Shown here piece after piece: positions 9,195 to 19,030 of a stretch of DNA of 64,000 nucleotides (the stretch's first letter is position 1; every line of letters starts with the position of its first letter). Made by a program: the position numbers and the translations under genes. The DNA lies in the IMG/VR virus record IMGVR_UViG_3300005512_000007; one strand, written 5' to 3'. Below the pieces are notes generated by a model. The model had not been told where the DNA came from. It was given only the letters and a program-made list of their open reading frames with translations, and made no database searches. The DNA comes from an uncultured virus (IMG/VR IMGVR_UViG_3300005512_000007) (taxonomy: Duplodnaviria > Heunggongvirae > Uroviricota > Caudoviricetes).

Positions 9195-9718
9195 TGGACC
9201 CCCGCCGAGAACTGAGCCTGATCAACAAGCACGTTCGCAGGCGTAACCGCGAAGCCGGGGAAACCGTTATCTGGTACCAGTTTCAACCACTTCAGGGCGG
9301 GTATAGCGTTTACGACGACGTTTACGACGAGGGCGTCCCCGGGTCGGGTGGGCGTAACTATAAGCCCGCTATCACGATTCCTACCATCTATATAGAAGAG
9401 GTGGAAGACACGTACCGTGCTATTGAGGACGGTCGCCAGCCCACGCAGAATCTGCGTACGACGATCCTTTACAAGGATGCCGTTTCTTGTGGTCTGGAAG
9501 GCGCTGACGAATATAACGCCCACCTCAATGACGTGCTGGAATACGACGGTAGGTATTACAAGGTAAGCGACTATCGGGCTAGGGGCCGTATCCCTACGGA
9601 AGCGATCCTCGTGGTTCAGGCGTACGAGATCTTCTTGGATCAGGAGTTCCTGTTCGACAACGGCCCCCGAAATCCTCGTACTTCAAGCCTCCCTTGGCCT
9701 ACATCGTTTCCTAGTTAG
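9194..9718 (+). CDS. putative head closure/neck protein
   Basis: Position; beta-rich C-terminus (DVLEYDGRYYKV). Confidence 0.45.
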   Translation: MDPRRELSLINKHVRRRNREAGETVIWYQFQPLQGGYSVYDDVYDEGVPGSGGRNYKPAITIPTIYIEEVEDTYRAIEDGRQPTQNLRTTILYKDAVSCGLEGADEYNAHLNDVLEYDGRYYKVSDYRARGRIPTEAILVVQAYEIFLDQEFLFDNGPRNPRTSSLPWPTSFPS

Positions 9719-9796
9719 GTGTAGCATGGGGATGTAGCCGATGCGCGTTGGCTACGTGTTACCGCTTCAAAACGCCTAGAACCACGGAGGAAAGCC

Positions 9797-10198
9797 ATGG
9801 CGGCTTCTCAACCTGCTGCATCCTTTGGTTCTAGTAAGCCGTTTATATCGGGAGAGTTCTCTACCATCTCCGCCTCCGATGAGTTCTCGGACACCTTTAT
9901 CGACGTGCTCATGGACCACATCGACGATCTGATGGTCGAAGCCACCGCAGAGTTCCAAGACGAGGCGTTATCTGATCCTGATTGGAGCGTTTACGCTAGC
10001 GGTTTGGCAGTTGAGGCTGATGCCGGTGACATTCGTTTCTACTATTCGGGAGCGCAGGAAGATGAAGTGCTGGCGCTGGAGTTTGGTACTCCTGATCAGC
10101 CTCCGTCTCCCCTTATTCGCGCAACTGCTGCTAACAAGGCCCGAGACATAGCCAAGGAGTTGGGCACGAGGATTGCTGCGGAGGTGCCGATTGCCTAA
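9797..10198 (+). CDS. putative neck protein (HK97 gp10-like position)
   Basis: LEFGT...PP.PLIR motif; GGAGG RBS. Confidence 0.45.
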   Translation: MAASQPAASFGSSKPFISGEFSTISASDEFSDTFIDVLMDHIDDLMVEATAEFQDEALSDPDWSVYASGLAVEADAGDIRFYYSGAQEDEVLALEFGTPDQPPSPLIRATAANKARDIAKELGTRIAAEVPIA

Positions 10199-10913
10199 TC
10201 CCGGCTTTACACTCGCTGAAGACGCCGCGCTCAAGCAGCGACTTGCTAGTCTGTATGTATCCGATGATAGGGATATGCAGCGCCCCCTTCAGGTGTTCTT
10301 TAGGTACCCCGAAGCGGAGACTGAGAAGCACTACCCCTTTGCGACTATCGAATTATTGGATATCGCATACGCTCGTGATCGCCAAGAGTCTGAGCGCAGG
10401 TACTACTACACCAATGTCGCTGGTGCTTCCGCGCCCCCTCTTTACGTTTCTAATAACTCGTCTAGTCTGACCTACTTTCCTTCTGAAATGAACGCCGCTG
10501 ACATGCAGGAGTATTGGAGCGGGGACGAGACGTACCTTTACACAGACCAATTAGTGCCCGTCAACCTTATGTATCAGGTCAGCACTTATTGCCGGAGCCA
10601 GCGTCATGACAGGGAATTGACCGCTGCCCTGCTCCGTTACGTTTTCCCATTTCGACGGGGTTTCATTGAAATCCCCGAAGACGGCACCATTAGGCGCTGC
10701 GATATACTAGACTGGCGGTCAGCAGATTTGCTAGATCAAGAATCTGGCTATAAAAAGCGTATATTCCGCAAGGTCGTAACAGTACAAATCAATGCAGAGA
10801 TTCCGCAATCAGACTTGGTGTCTGTCAAGCGGGTCCTCTCGGTAAATGGCTCACTAGGTGACAACTACTCGGTTTCTGACGTTTTATCGACTTCTTTCTC
10901 GGAGGATTTCTAA
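10191..10913 (+). CDS. putative tail terminator/completion protein
   Basis: Immediately upstream of the sheath; YPFATIEL, NLMYQVSTY; likely TTG start after GGAGG. Confidence 0.5.
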   Translation: MPNPGFTLAEDAALKQRLASLYVSDDRDMQRPLQVFFRYPEAETEKHYPFATIELLDIAYARDRQESERRYYYTNVAGASAPPLYVSNNSSSLTYFPSEMNAADMQEYWSGDETYLYTDQLVPVNLMYQVSTYCRSQRHDRELTAALLRYVFPFRRGFIEIPEDGTIRRCDILDWRSADLLDQESGYKKRIFRKVVTVQINAEIPQSDLVSVKRVLSVNGSLGDNYSVSDVLSTSFSEDF

Positions 10914-12479
10914 ATGCCTACCTACTCAACTCCCGGTGTCTACGTCAATGAGGGCACCCTCGCCAGCCTGACCCCCTCCGTCGCTGGAGGCACCTCGGCT
11001 GTGTTCTTCGGTGCTGCGGAGCGCGGCCCCGAGACTGCGACCCTCATTACCGATTGGGCTACCTACAAGCGCACGTACGGTGATCTCAAGAACGCCTACG
11101 ACCTCGGCTACGCCGTCTACCATTTCTTCGCTAACGGTGGCCGAGCCTGCCACGTGGTTCGCGTTGTCGGAACCTACGACAGCGAGGGCGGTACCGCTGA
11201 TTCGGTGACCCCCGATGCGGCTTCTTCGCTGGACGTTCCTTACTACCCGAACGGCTCGGGGTCGGCTTCCGCCGCCCTCTTTGATGTCGAGGCTGTCAGC
11301 AACGGTACGTGGGGCAACAGCCTTACGGTCACCATTGCCGCCGGTCTGGTTGACACCACCGCTTCGGCCCACGGTACCTTCACCGTTGTCGTGAACCTCG
11401 GCGGTGTGGAGGTTGAGCGTTGGCCCGAGGTCACTCTCGATCCCGATGGCAACCGCTACGTTGCTACGGTCGTCAACACCTACAGCAAGTACATCAAGGT
11501 CAGCGGTGTCTCGACGACTTCTCCCAGCGCCAGCCTCGCGTGGATTACCGAGGTTGACAACATCGCCACCTTCTCTGGTGGTACTGAGGGAGTCGTTGGA
11601 CCGCAGGACTTCGCTGGTGCCGCTGACAAGGTTGACCCGATTCCGGGCAACCTGATCATGAACGCCGTCGGTCAGACCTCGACCACGGCGCTTACTCCGA
11701 TCATTAACAAGGCTGTGGCTCGTGGTGACTCGTTCGTCATCATCGACCCGGACAAGACCTCTGAGACGCTGAGCGATCTCCAGACGGTTGCGTCGAACTT
11801 CTCGGGTCTGTCGAACGGTGGCTACGCCGCCCACTACGCCCCGGCCCTCAAGATGGTTGATCCGGCTAAGACTGGTCCTGCCGCGATCCGCACCACCTAC
11901 CCGGGTGGCGCTATCGCCGGTTTGATGGTCCGCACTGAGGTTCAGCGCTCCGTCGCTAAGGCCCCCGCTGGATACAATGCTGATATCCGTGGCGCTCTTG
12001 GTCTCGCCGTTCCGCTGTCTGATACCGATATCGGGACGCTGTACGACGGTAACCCGTACGTCAACTCATTCAAGGCTGTGCCGGGAGCGGGAGTCGTGGT
12101 GTACGGTGCTCGCACGCTGGCCCGGGCTACCTCGGACAAGTTCATCCCGGTGCGCCGCACCCTGAACTATTTGAAGTACTCGCTCAAGCAGTTGACTGAC
12201 TTCGCTGTCTTTGAGCCTAACGATGCGAACCTGTGGGCGCGTATCAACGTCGTTGTTTCCGGCTTCCTCTCGGAGTTCTACCGCTCCGGCGGTCTGGTTG
12301 GGACCAACGCTTCGCAGGCTTTCTTCGTGGTCTGCGATTCCACCAACAACACCACGACGACTATCGATCAGGGCATCGTGAACGTCGAGGTCGGTGTGGC
12401 GCTTCAGTACCCCGCCGAGTTCATTGTTATCAACCTCAGCCAGTGGACCGGCGGCAACAACGCCGTCGAGTCTCTCTGA
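10914..12479 (+). CDS. contractile tail sheath protein
   Basis: MPTY.TPGVYV.E, FFANGG, KAPAG, YGARTL, VFEPND..LW, PAEFI. Confidence 0.95.
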   Translation: MPTYSTPGVYVNEGTLASLTPSVAGGTSAVFFGAAERGPETATLITDWATYKRTYGDLKNAYDLGYAVYHFFANGGRACHVVRVVGTYDSEGGTADSVTPDAASSLDVPYYPNGSGSASAALFDVEAVSNGTWGNSLTVTIAAGLVDTTASAHGTFTVVVNLGGVEVERWPEVTLDPDGNRYVATVVNTYSKYIKVSGVSTTSPSASLAWITEVDNIATFSGGTEGVVGPQDFAGAADKVDPIPGNLIMNAVGQTSTTALTPIINKAVARGDSFVIIDPDKTSETLSDLQTVASNFSGLSNGGYAAHYAPALKMVDPAKTGPAAIRTTYPGGAIAGLMVRTEVQRSVAKAPAGYNADIRGALGLAVPLSDTDIGTLYDGNPYVNSFKAVPGAGVVVYGARTLARATSDKFIPVRRTLNYLKYSLKQLTDFAVFEPNDANLWARINVVVSGFLSEFYRSGGLVGTNASQAFFVVCDSTNNTTTTIDQGIVNVEVGVALQYPAEFIVINLSQWTGGNNAVESL

Positions 12480-12500
12480 TAATCCAAGGAGTAATATCCC

Positions 12501-13130
12501 ATGGCACGAGCAGCAGCAACCGACCCGCTTAGGAACTTTAAGTTTCAGGTCATTATCCAGCCTGAGTCGGGTTCCCGCCTCAATGACCTCATCGGCGCAA
12601 GCCTCCCCAAGTTGGGGTTCTCGGTGGTCTCTGGTCTGACTGTCCAGAATGAGATGATTGCCTACCGCGAGGGCGGCATGAACACCCATCCGCATAAGAT
12701 GGTTGGACAGTCTGACTACGGCCCCGTCACCCTTACCAAGGGTGTCTTTGCCGATCAGGACGCCCTCTATAAGTGGCAGCAATTCATGCACTCGTGGGCG
12801 CAGGGTGGCCTTGAGGACGAGGGTTCACAGTCGGGCAGCAATGACTACCGATGCGACGTTGTCGTGACCGTCCACGATCATCCGGTGTCGGCGGGTTCCT
12901 ACGCCCAGCCGGGGCGTTCCGAGAGTGATCCCACCCCCGCTGGTGCGATTAAGTTAGGCTACAAGTTGTTCAACTGCTGGCCCGCTTCGTTCTCGATGGG
13001 AGACCTCAACGCTGGTGACTCTTCGATCCTGATTCAGCAGATCGTGCTGAACCACGAGGGGTTCGCTGTGCAGTGGGCCTCCTCGGCGGACGGCACGATT
13101 GACCTGTCCTCGGTCAGCAACATTTCGTAA
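12501..13130 (+). CDS. tail tube protein (T4 gp19-like)
   Basis: DPLRNFKF, GFS.VSGL, YREGG, VTLTKG, NCWP. Confidence 0.92.
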   Translation: MARAAATDPLRNFKFQVIIQPESGSRLNDLIGASLPKLGFSVVSGLTVQNEMIAYREGGMNTHPHKMVGQSDYGPVTLTKGVFADQDALYKWQQFMHSWAQGGLEDEGSQSGSNDYRCDVVVTVHDHPVSAGSYAQPGRSESDPTPAGAIKLGYKLFNCWPASFSMGDLNAGDSSILIQQIVLNHEGFAVQWASSADGTIDLSSVSNIS

Positions 13131-13160
13131 CATATTTATCCACACAATTAGGAGTACAAC

Positions 13161-13961
13161 ATGAGCGAGCAGGCTGAAGCCGCACGTATCAACGAGGCCA
13201 TCTCTGATCCGGTTCCTACCATGCCGGACGCCCCCAACACCGTCGTCGAACTTATGCGAGGTTTGTATGAGTCGAACGACGAGGGGGGCGTTTGGCATAC
13301 TGAAGCCGAGATCCGAGAACTCAATGGCGAAGACGAGGAGTACCTTGCTTCGATTGAGAACAAGAAGGGACTTATGTACTCTGAGTACATGAGTGCCCTG
13401 CTTAGTCGGGCAGTTCTCCGAGTCGGCGGTATTCCGGTCAACAACTCCACAAAGGTTGTGGATAAGTTGATTCTGGGAGACAGGGATTACCTGTACCTTC
13501 AGATTGTTCGGGCCACTTACGGTGACACCAGAATGATCAAGATCGCTTGCCCCCACTGCGGGGTTATCAACGATGTTGATTTGGAACTTGATAAGGATTT
13601 CCCGATTACGTATCCCGACTTCGATATCCGTGAGGGTATTAAGGTCGAAACTTCTAAGGGAAATATCATTCTTCGTCTGCCTAATGGTGAAGACACGGTT
13701 GCCGTCCAGAAGGATGCTAAGACGGATGCCGAACTCAACACCATGATGCTTGCGAGGTGCTCAGTATGGCCGGAGGGGCAGGCCCCCGAAAACCCGGTTC
13801 AGTGGGCGCGTTCGTTGAACTTGGCTGACCGTAAGAAGTTGGTCAATGCCCTTCTCTCCATTGAGATCGGGCCGAAGATGGGGGAGGTGGATACTCAGTG
13901 TGCAAGTTGCGGCGAAGACATGCCAATTCTGCTCGACTGGGTCTCCCTTTTACTCAGTTAG
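13161..13961 (+). CDS. tail assembly chaperone / T4 gp26-like protein
   Basis: RELNGEDEE, GDRDYL..IVRATYG, CPHC, CASC; lies between tube and tape measure. Confidence 0.75.
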   Translation: MSEQAEAARINEAISDPVPTMPDAPNTVVELMRGLYESNDEGGVWHTEAEIRELNGEDEEYLASIENKKGLMYSEYMSALLSRAVLRVGGIPVNNSTKVVDKLILGDRDYLYLQIVRATYGDTRMIKIACPHCGVINDVDLELDKDFPITYPDFDIREGIKVETSKGNIILRLPNGEDTVAVQKDAKTDAELNTMMLARCSVWPEGQAPENPVQWARSLNLADRKKLVNALLSIEIGPKMGEVDTQCASCGEDMPILLDWVSLLLS

Positions 13962-14094
13962 TCTAAAACTTTTATACTGGGAATACGAAACAATAGCCAC
14001 CGCATACAAAGGGTTTGGTCTACACGACATCAAATCAATGACCGTTCGCCAACGCGATTTCTGGTATCGTATGGCGAAATGGCGTAATCAGTAG
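13948..14094 (+). CDS. frameshift-accessed C-terminal extension of tail chaperone (gpT/gpE'-like)
   Basis: +1 frame LYWEYETIATAYKGFGLHDIKSMTVRQRDFWY; no convincing start or RBS of its own; overlaps the chaperone stop. Confidence 0.6.
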   Translation, partial: FYSVSLKLLYWEYETIATAYKGFGLHDIKSMTVRQRDFWYRMAKWRNQ

Positions 14095-14105
14095 CGGAGG
14101 CGTGC

Positions 14106-16874
14106 ATGGACACTCCTAAAGGACCCGAAGCACGGGTTGGAGAACAGGTTATTGGCGGCAACCATAGCCGCCTGCGCTCCGAAGTACGCGCCGGTCTCCG
14201 TATCGACACTGACCAGTTAGGCAAACTTAAGCAGCATCTCAAGGATGCCAAAGACCTAACTAAGCAGTGGCGCGAGGAGATGGAGAAACTCGCTAAGGCC
14301 GCTGGCAATGTTCAGGGGATCATGGCCGGTAGCGGCGGCGGCGGTGGCAACGCGGTTGAGCGAGGGTTTTCCAAGATCACTCCGGCGGCAGCGCCTGTAC
14401 AGGAAGCCGGGGATGCCGGTGGTGGGGGCGGTGCCGCAGGTGGTTTCCTGAACCGAGCAGGCGGAGGTGCTGGCCGAGCAGCGGGTGCCGCAGCCATCGC
14501 AAAAGCCATCGGTGAAACGCTTAGACCCCTTGTACAGAACATGGATGCCCGTATTGATAGGGGTATCAGTTACGCAACTTCTGCTGACAGGTTAAATGTT
14601 CTAACGCAGCAGATGACCGGCATGTCGCAAATGCAGGTCATGGAGAACATGCGCCGCCCCTTGACGAATTACCGTCTGGGAGAGAACGGCGTAAACGCCA
14701 TGATGCAGTTTCAGGCTGCGACGGGTGTAACTGCTAATGCCAATCTAGCCCGGTCTATCGAGGCCCTCCGAGTCTCGTCCGGCTTCAGCCGTAGCACTCA
14801 GGACATCCTCACCGAACAACAGCAACTCATGAATCCTGAGGTGGCTAACCGAATGTTGTTCATGGCGGGAGTTAACGCCTACAACATTGGTGGGGGCATG
14901 AGGGACCCCCTAGAGACCCGTCAGAACTTGGTCCGCCAACTCGGTCTGGATAATCCTGCTATTGCTCGTAGCGCTTTGCTTCCCGGCTCGGTGACTCGTG
15001 CCCGCATGGCTGACATGGGTCTTGGCGATGAAGCACAGACCGCCATCCTTCAGTACGCTCAACAGCAGATTCAGTTTAGAGAGAAGGGCGGTAAGGGCTT
15101 CTACGACCCCTCTGACCCCCGTCAGCGGCAGATGATGGGTATTGAGGACAACCTCGCCACCCAGCAGGAAGAGACTACTCGTGTACAGGGTGCTCGTGAA
15201 GAGAACTTCATGCGTCGCCAGATTGACAACATGGCCTCTCTGGAAAAGAGCAACCAGAAACTCATCGAGGCATTAGGCAGTCTTGAGGACAGACTCAGCG
15301 GGATTATCGGGGCACGTACCAGCACTCGCCCCTTCCAGCGTGCTGCCGCTTCTCTAAGTACTCCATTACTCGCGGCTGGTGGGGCGTTATCACTAGTTCC
15401 CGGTGGTGCCGCTTTCGGCGTTCCGATGATGATTACAGGTGGGTTGTTGGGCGCTTTAGGCGATCCCCCCAACCCAGAAGCGGAGGGTATGGGAACTCCC
15501 TCTGCGCAGCAAAACACCACCAGTTCAGCAAACGACGACACCACCATGGTTCCATATGGGTATGGGGGCAACCGCATATCCCTATCAGAACTTAAGACTA
15601 AGCCCGACTTCCAGAAGATCAAGCCACGTTTCCGTGACCGCTTGTTGCGGATGATGCGGGCTAACCCCAACGTCGGTATCGGTGGGGGCTACCGATCCCC
15701 CCAGTCGCAGGAGCAGATGTTCCGTAGCCGCTACCAGCCCACCACTGAGAAGACCGACATCTTCTGGGATGGCAAGTATTGGAAGCACGTCAGCGGCGCT
15801 CCAGCCGCCCCTCCCGGTAGGTCCATGCACGAAATCGGCCTCGCTGTGGACATGGTTGGTGACCTTGAGTGGATGAACGCCAATGCCGGACAGTTCGGCC
15901 TCAAGCACTTTGCTGGTGTCAATAACGAGCCGTGGCACGTTCAGCCTTCGGATCTCCCCAACTCCCGAGCAAAGTATGAGGGGCAGGGAGCGCCTTGGGG
16001 TACTGATGGCGCTTCTTCTGGCGCTGATTCGGGTACCGCTATTGAAGGTCACGCTGCTGAGGGGCACTCAGGGTCTGTTATAGCCTCTGGATCGACCATG
16101 ATCGGGGTAACTGGCAGATCTATTTCCGAAATGCTGGATGCTCACCGGGCAATGGGTCTCACGCGCATGTTGGCGGCTGGCAACACCGGAATGTATGCCA
16201 GTGGCCCCTCTGGGGCTTCATCTGGGGGAAGCCGCACCACGGCCCCCATGAACAACAGGCAACTTACCGGTGAAGAAGTTGCCCGGTATGCCTACAACGC
16301 TGGTTTCCGTGGAGATGATCTCGCAGCCGTTGTGGCTATTGCTAAGCGTGAGAGTGGGTGGCGCACTGGCGCTTACAACCCCAACCGCGCAACCCAAGAC
16401 GATTCCTACGGCCTGATGCAGATCAATATGCTCGGTCAGATGGGCGTTAATCGTTTGCGGCAGTTTGGTATCTCTAAGAACGAGGATCTGTACGATCCTG
16501 CTACCAATATGCGTGCTGCGTTCTCGCTGTATCAGGCTCGTGGCGGCTCGCTGCACGACTGGGGCGCATATAAGGGCGAATCGAATACCTACAATACCAA
16601 TGTCGACGAGGCGCTCCGAATCGTCAAGGATGCCGGACTGTACAGCGGCGACCCAATGATCGACGCTTCGTATGCCCCCAGCCGTGGGGGCGGTACTAAC
16701 GGACAGCAGTCACGTTCTACGACTACGCACATCACATCGTCGCCTACTATCAACGTGGCCCCCGTCATCAACTTCAACGGTGCCCCCGCAACGCCTGATC
16801 TGCGTAACATCGCCCACACAGTCAGCAAGATGATAAAGGAAGAAGTCGACATGCTTGATCTGAGGACTGCCTGA
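14106..16874 (+). CDS. tape measure protein with M15 peptidase and lytic transglycosylase domains
   Basis: Helical Q/A/M-rich N-half; GYRS..Q, APPGRSMHEIGLAVD, EPWH; AIAKRESG, DSYGLMQIN, LYDPATN. Confidence 0.88.
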   Translation: MDTPKGPEARVGEQVIGGNHSRLRSEVRAGLRIDTDQLGKLKQHLKDAKDLTKQWREEMEKLAKAAGNVQGIMAGSGGGGGNAVERGFSKITPAAAPVQEAGDAGGGGGAAGGFLNRAGGGAGRAAGAAAIAKAIGETLRPLVQNMDARIDRGISYATSADRLNVLTQQMTGMSQMQVMENMRRPLTNYRLGENGVNAMMQFQAATGVTANANLARSIEALRVSSGFSRSTQDILTEQQQLMNPEVANRMLFMAGVNAYNIGGGMRDPLETRQNLVRQLGLDNPAIARSALLPGSVTRARMADMGLGDEAQTAILQYAQQQIQFREKGGKGFYDPSDPRQRQMMGIEDNLATQQEETTRVQGAREENFMRRQIDNMASLEKSNQKLIEALGSLEDRLSGIIGARTSTRPFQRAAASLSTPLLAAGGALSLVPGGAAFGVPMMITGGLLGALGDPPNPEAEGMGTPSAQQNTTSSANDDTTMVPYGYGGNRISLSELKTKPDFQKIKPRFRDRLLRMMRANPNVGIGGGYRSPQSQEQMFRSRYQPTTEKTDIFWDGKYWKHVSGAPAAPPGRSMHEIGLAVDMVGDLEWMNANAGQFGLKHFAGVNNEPWHVQPSDLPNSRAKYEGQGAPWGTDGASSGADSGTAIEGHAAEGHSGSVIASGSTMIGVTGRSISEMLDAHRAMGLTRMLAAGNTGMYASGPSGASSGGSRTTAPMNNRQLTGEEVARYAYNAGFRGDDLAAVVAIAKRESGWRTGAYNPNRATQDDSYGLMQINMLGQMGVNRLRQFGISKNEDLYDPATNMRAAFSLYQARGGSLHDWGAYKGESNTYNTNVDEALRIVKDAGLYSGDPMIDASYAPSRGGGTNGQQSRSTTTHITSSPTINVAPVINFNGAPATPDLRNIAHTVSKMIKEEVDMLDLRTA

Positions 16875-18778
16875 TGTCTTACCGTACTAACCAGTGGTTT
16901 GGTCTGTCCAAGTCCGCCTCTGGTGAGAACCTTCGTTCCACCCGTTCCACTCGTGCTGGCTACGCGGTTAGCGGATCAGATAACGATAACTTTATATATC
17001 CCGACCGTGCCGTCCGCATTATGGATGGCGAAAAGGTCCATATCCTCAAGCGGGGGTATATCAGGTCTGTTGCCTTCGGTGATAACCGTGAGAACTTCCC
17101 CATCAACAAGTGCCAGTTCCAGTTCAACCCCTCGCAGATCGTGCAGTCTGTTCAACAGAACACGCAGGTTCTGAACTTCTTACAGCAGGACCCAGCCCAG
17201 TACGCACAGCCGATGTTCGGCAACGTGACGTTCTCCTTTGACCTCTTCTTCGACCGGAGTATGGAGATCAACAACTGGAAGCGCACGGATGAGATCGATC
17301 CCAATAACCCGTGGGAGAACTCCAGCCCCAGCAATATCGGCGTGTTGCACGACCTAAGCGCATTGTTCAAGGTTATTGGTGTGGGCGTGAACGAGTCCAT
17401 GGCCGAGTACCTCCAGCAGTCAGCCATTGCCGCGTATAACCAACAATTGGCTGAGGATTCGGAAAGCGCCGAGGATTACGACATGGGGGCGTTTACCACG
17501 AGCATTGAAGACTTGATGCAATACAACTTGGGTAACAGTGCCTTCCTCCTGCCGCTCCCCGTTCGGGTTGTCTTTTCCTCGCTGTACATCGTTGAGGGAC
17601 TGGTCAAGGACATCAACATCATGTTCTCTAAGTTCACTGCGTCCATGGTTCCCATGCAGTGCTCTGTGCAGGTGCTGTTTGAGGCCAAGTACATCGGATT
17701 CGCCAAGCAAGACACGTACTTCACGTATGCCCTACGCGCTCTGGAAGAACTTGAGCCAGAACAACCCACTAGGGATGAGTTGGCGGCGTATGGTCAGGCT
17801 CTGACTGACGACCTGACCAGCATCAGGATGTTGGTCACCTCTGGAGAGGGGGGTACCGCTGGAGACAACGGCGATAGGGATCGGAACTGGAATGACAACG
17901 AAGTGTCGATGGATCGCTTCGTCTCTAAAGACATTGGCGTTACCTCTGTCTCTAATAGGAACCTTGAAGACCTTGACTTCTTCGTCAAGGTGCTGTTCGA
18001 CGGCGAGCAGCAACATCGCCGTTTGTTAGCCCTTATGGAAGAGAACGGGCGCAACGTCTCGGTTGGGGTGTCTGGATCGGTGACCGGTTACAGGTATACC
18101 GATACGTTCAAAAACGCAAACTCTACGTTGTTTGCTAGGCTACGAGGAGCGGTGTCCGCCGCCCCCACTCCAGCGCTTCTGGAAAACGCCAACCCATTAC
18201 CGGGTAATGTTCGCGGAGTTTGCGAAGATCTATTTGACGCACTTTCATCCTCTACTACCACTTCCATTGGCGTTAGCGCTTACGAAGTTCTGCCGGACAG
18301 TGACGGAAATGACCGAGAATTCCGCACAGTAACCAAATTATTCCACCTCAACATTGGTGCAGACCACGTTAGAGAAGACGGAATTATTGAGGCTACAAAC
18401 GGTGAAGAGTGGCGGAGAATGGCTGACTGGGCCTGCACTAGCGACAAGCAACGTGGTGGTATTTCTGGCAGTGGACAAACTGATAAGTCCACCGGCCCGT
18501 CAGAGGATGACGAGGGGGCGCACCCCAATAACGACCTTTTCTACTTTGCTGTTCGCCTTCGCCTCACGGTGACGGTGAGTATCGATGGGCTTACCGAGCG
18601 CAAAACTGTCGAGGATTATTTAGTCCCCAACTATAAGGGCACTAACTTCCGGCTGATTAAGACTATGCGGTTTGACGGTTGGCCCAGCCCAGATGACCCA
18701 CTTCCTCCGGGGGATAACGGCAGTACTAACACTGGCGGCGGCGGTGGCGGTGGTGCAGTCGGACGATTGGCTCTCTAA
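16874..18778 (+). CDS. tail tube initiator/baseplate protein with long C-terminal extension
   Basis: FQFNPSQI, FSFDLFFDR, EGLV..I.I.FSKF...MVP. Confidence 0.65.
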   Translation: MSYRTNQWFGLSKSASGENLRSTRSTRAGYAVSGSDNDNFIYPDRAVRIMDGEKVHILKRGYIRSVAFGDNRENFPINKCQFQFNPSQIVQSVQQNTQVLNFLQQDPAQYAQPMFGNVTFSFDLFFDRSMEINNWKRTDEIDPNNPWENSSPSNIGVLHDLSALFKVIGVGVNESMAEYLQQSAIAAYNQQLAEDSESAEDYDMGAFTTSIEDLMQYNLGNSAFLLPLPVRVVFSSLYIVEGLVKDINIMFSKFTASMVPMQCSVQVLFEAKYIGFAKQDTYFTYALRALEELEPEQPTRDELAAYGQALTDDLTSIRMLVTSGEGGTAGDNGDRDRNWNDNEVSMDRFVSKDIGVTSVSNRNLEDLDFFVKVLFDGEQQHRRLLALMEENGRNVSVGVSGSVTGYRYTDTFKNANSTLFARLRGAVSAAPTPALLENANPLPGNVRGVCEDLFDALSSSTTTSIGVSAYEVLPDSDGNDREFRTVTKLFHLNIGADHVREDGIIEATNGEEWRRMADWACTSDKQRGGISGSGQTDKSTGPSEDDEGAHPNNDLFYFAVRLRLTVTVSIDGLTERKTVEDYLVPNYKGTNFRLIKTMRFDGWPSPDDPLPPGDNGSTNTGGGGGGGAVGRLAL

Positions 18779-18787
18779 GGATTCATT

Positions 18788-19030
18788 ATGGCTATTTACA
18801 GCGCAGTTTCTCGTTATCAACTCACTGACTCCGGGCAGGAAGCGGTTCGTGGTGACCTAAACGCTCCCAACTACACGCTGTACACCGTGCGCGAGGGTGA
18901 CACCTTTGAGTCCATTTCTGCCAGAATTCTCGGCACTACTGAGCGCTTCTGGGAGTTAGCGGATATGAATCCGCAGATCAAGTTTCCGTTAGATATCGAA
19001 GTTGGGACGGTACTTAGGATTCCGTTATGA
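18788..19030 (+). CDS. LysM / tail X-like baseplate protein
   Basis: YTVREGDTFESIS..LG...W.LAD.NP...GTVLRIP. Confidence 0.85.
   Translation: MAIYSAVSRYQLTDSGQEAVRGDLNAPNYTLYTVREGDTFESISARILGTTERFWELADMNPQIKFPLDIEVGTVLRIPL

Noticed and set aside
13945..13951. Canonical -1 slippery heptamer CCCTTTT
   Set aside because: It is not phased X XXY YYZ in the chaperone frame, and the extension lies in the +1 frame.
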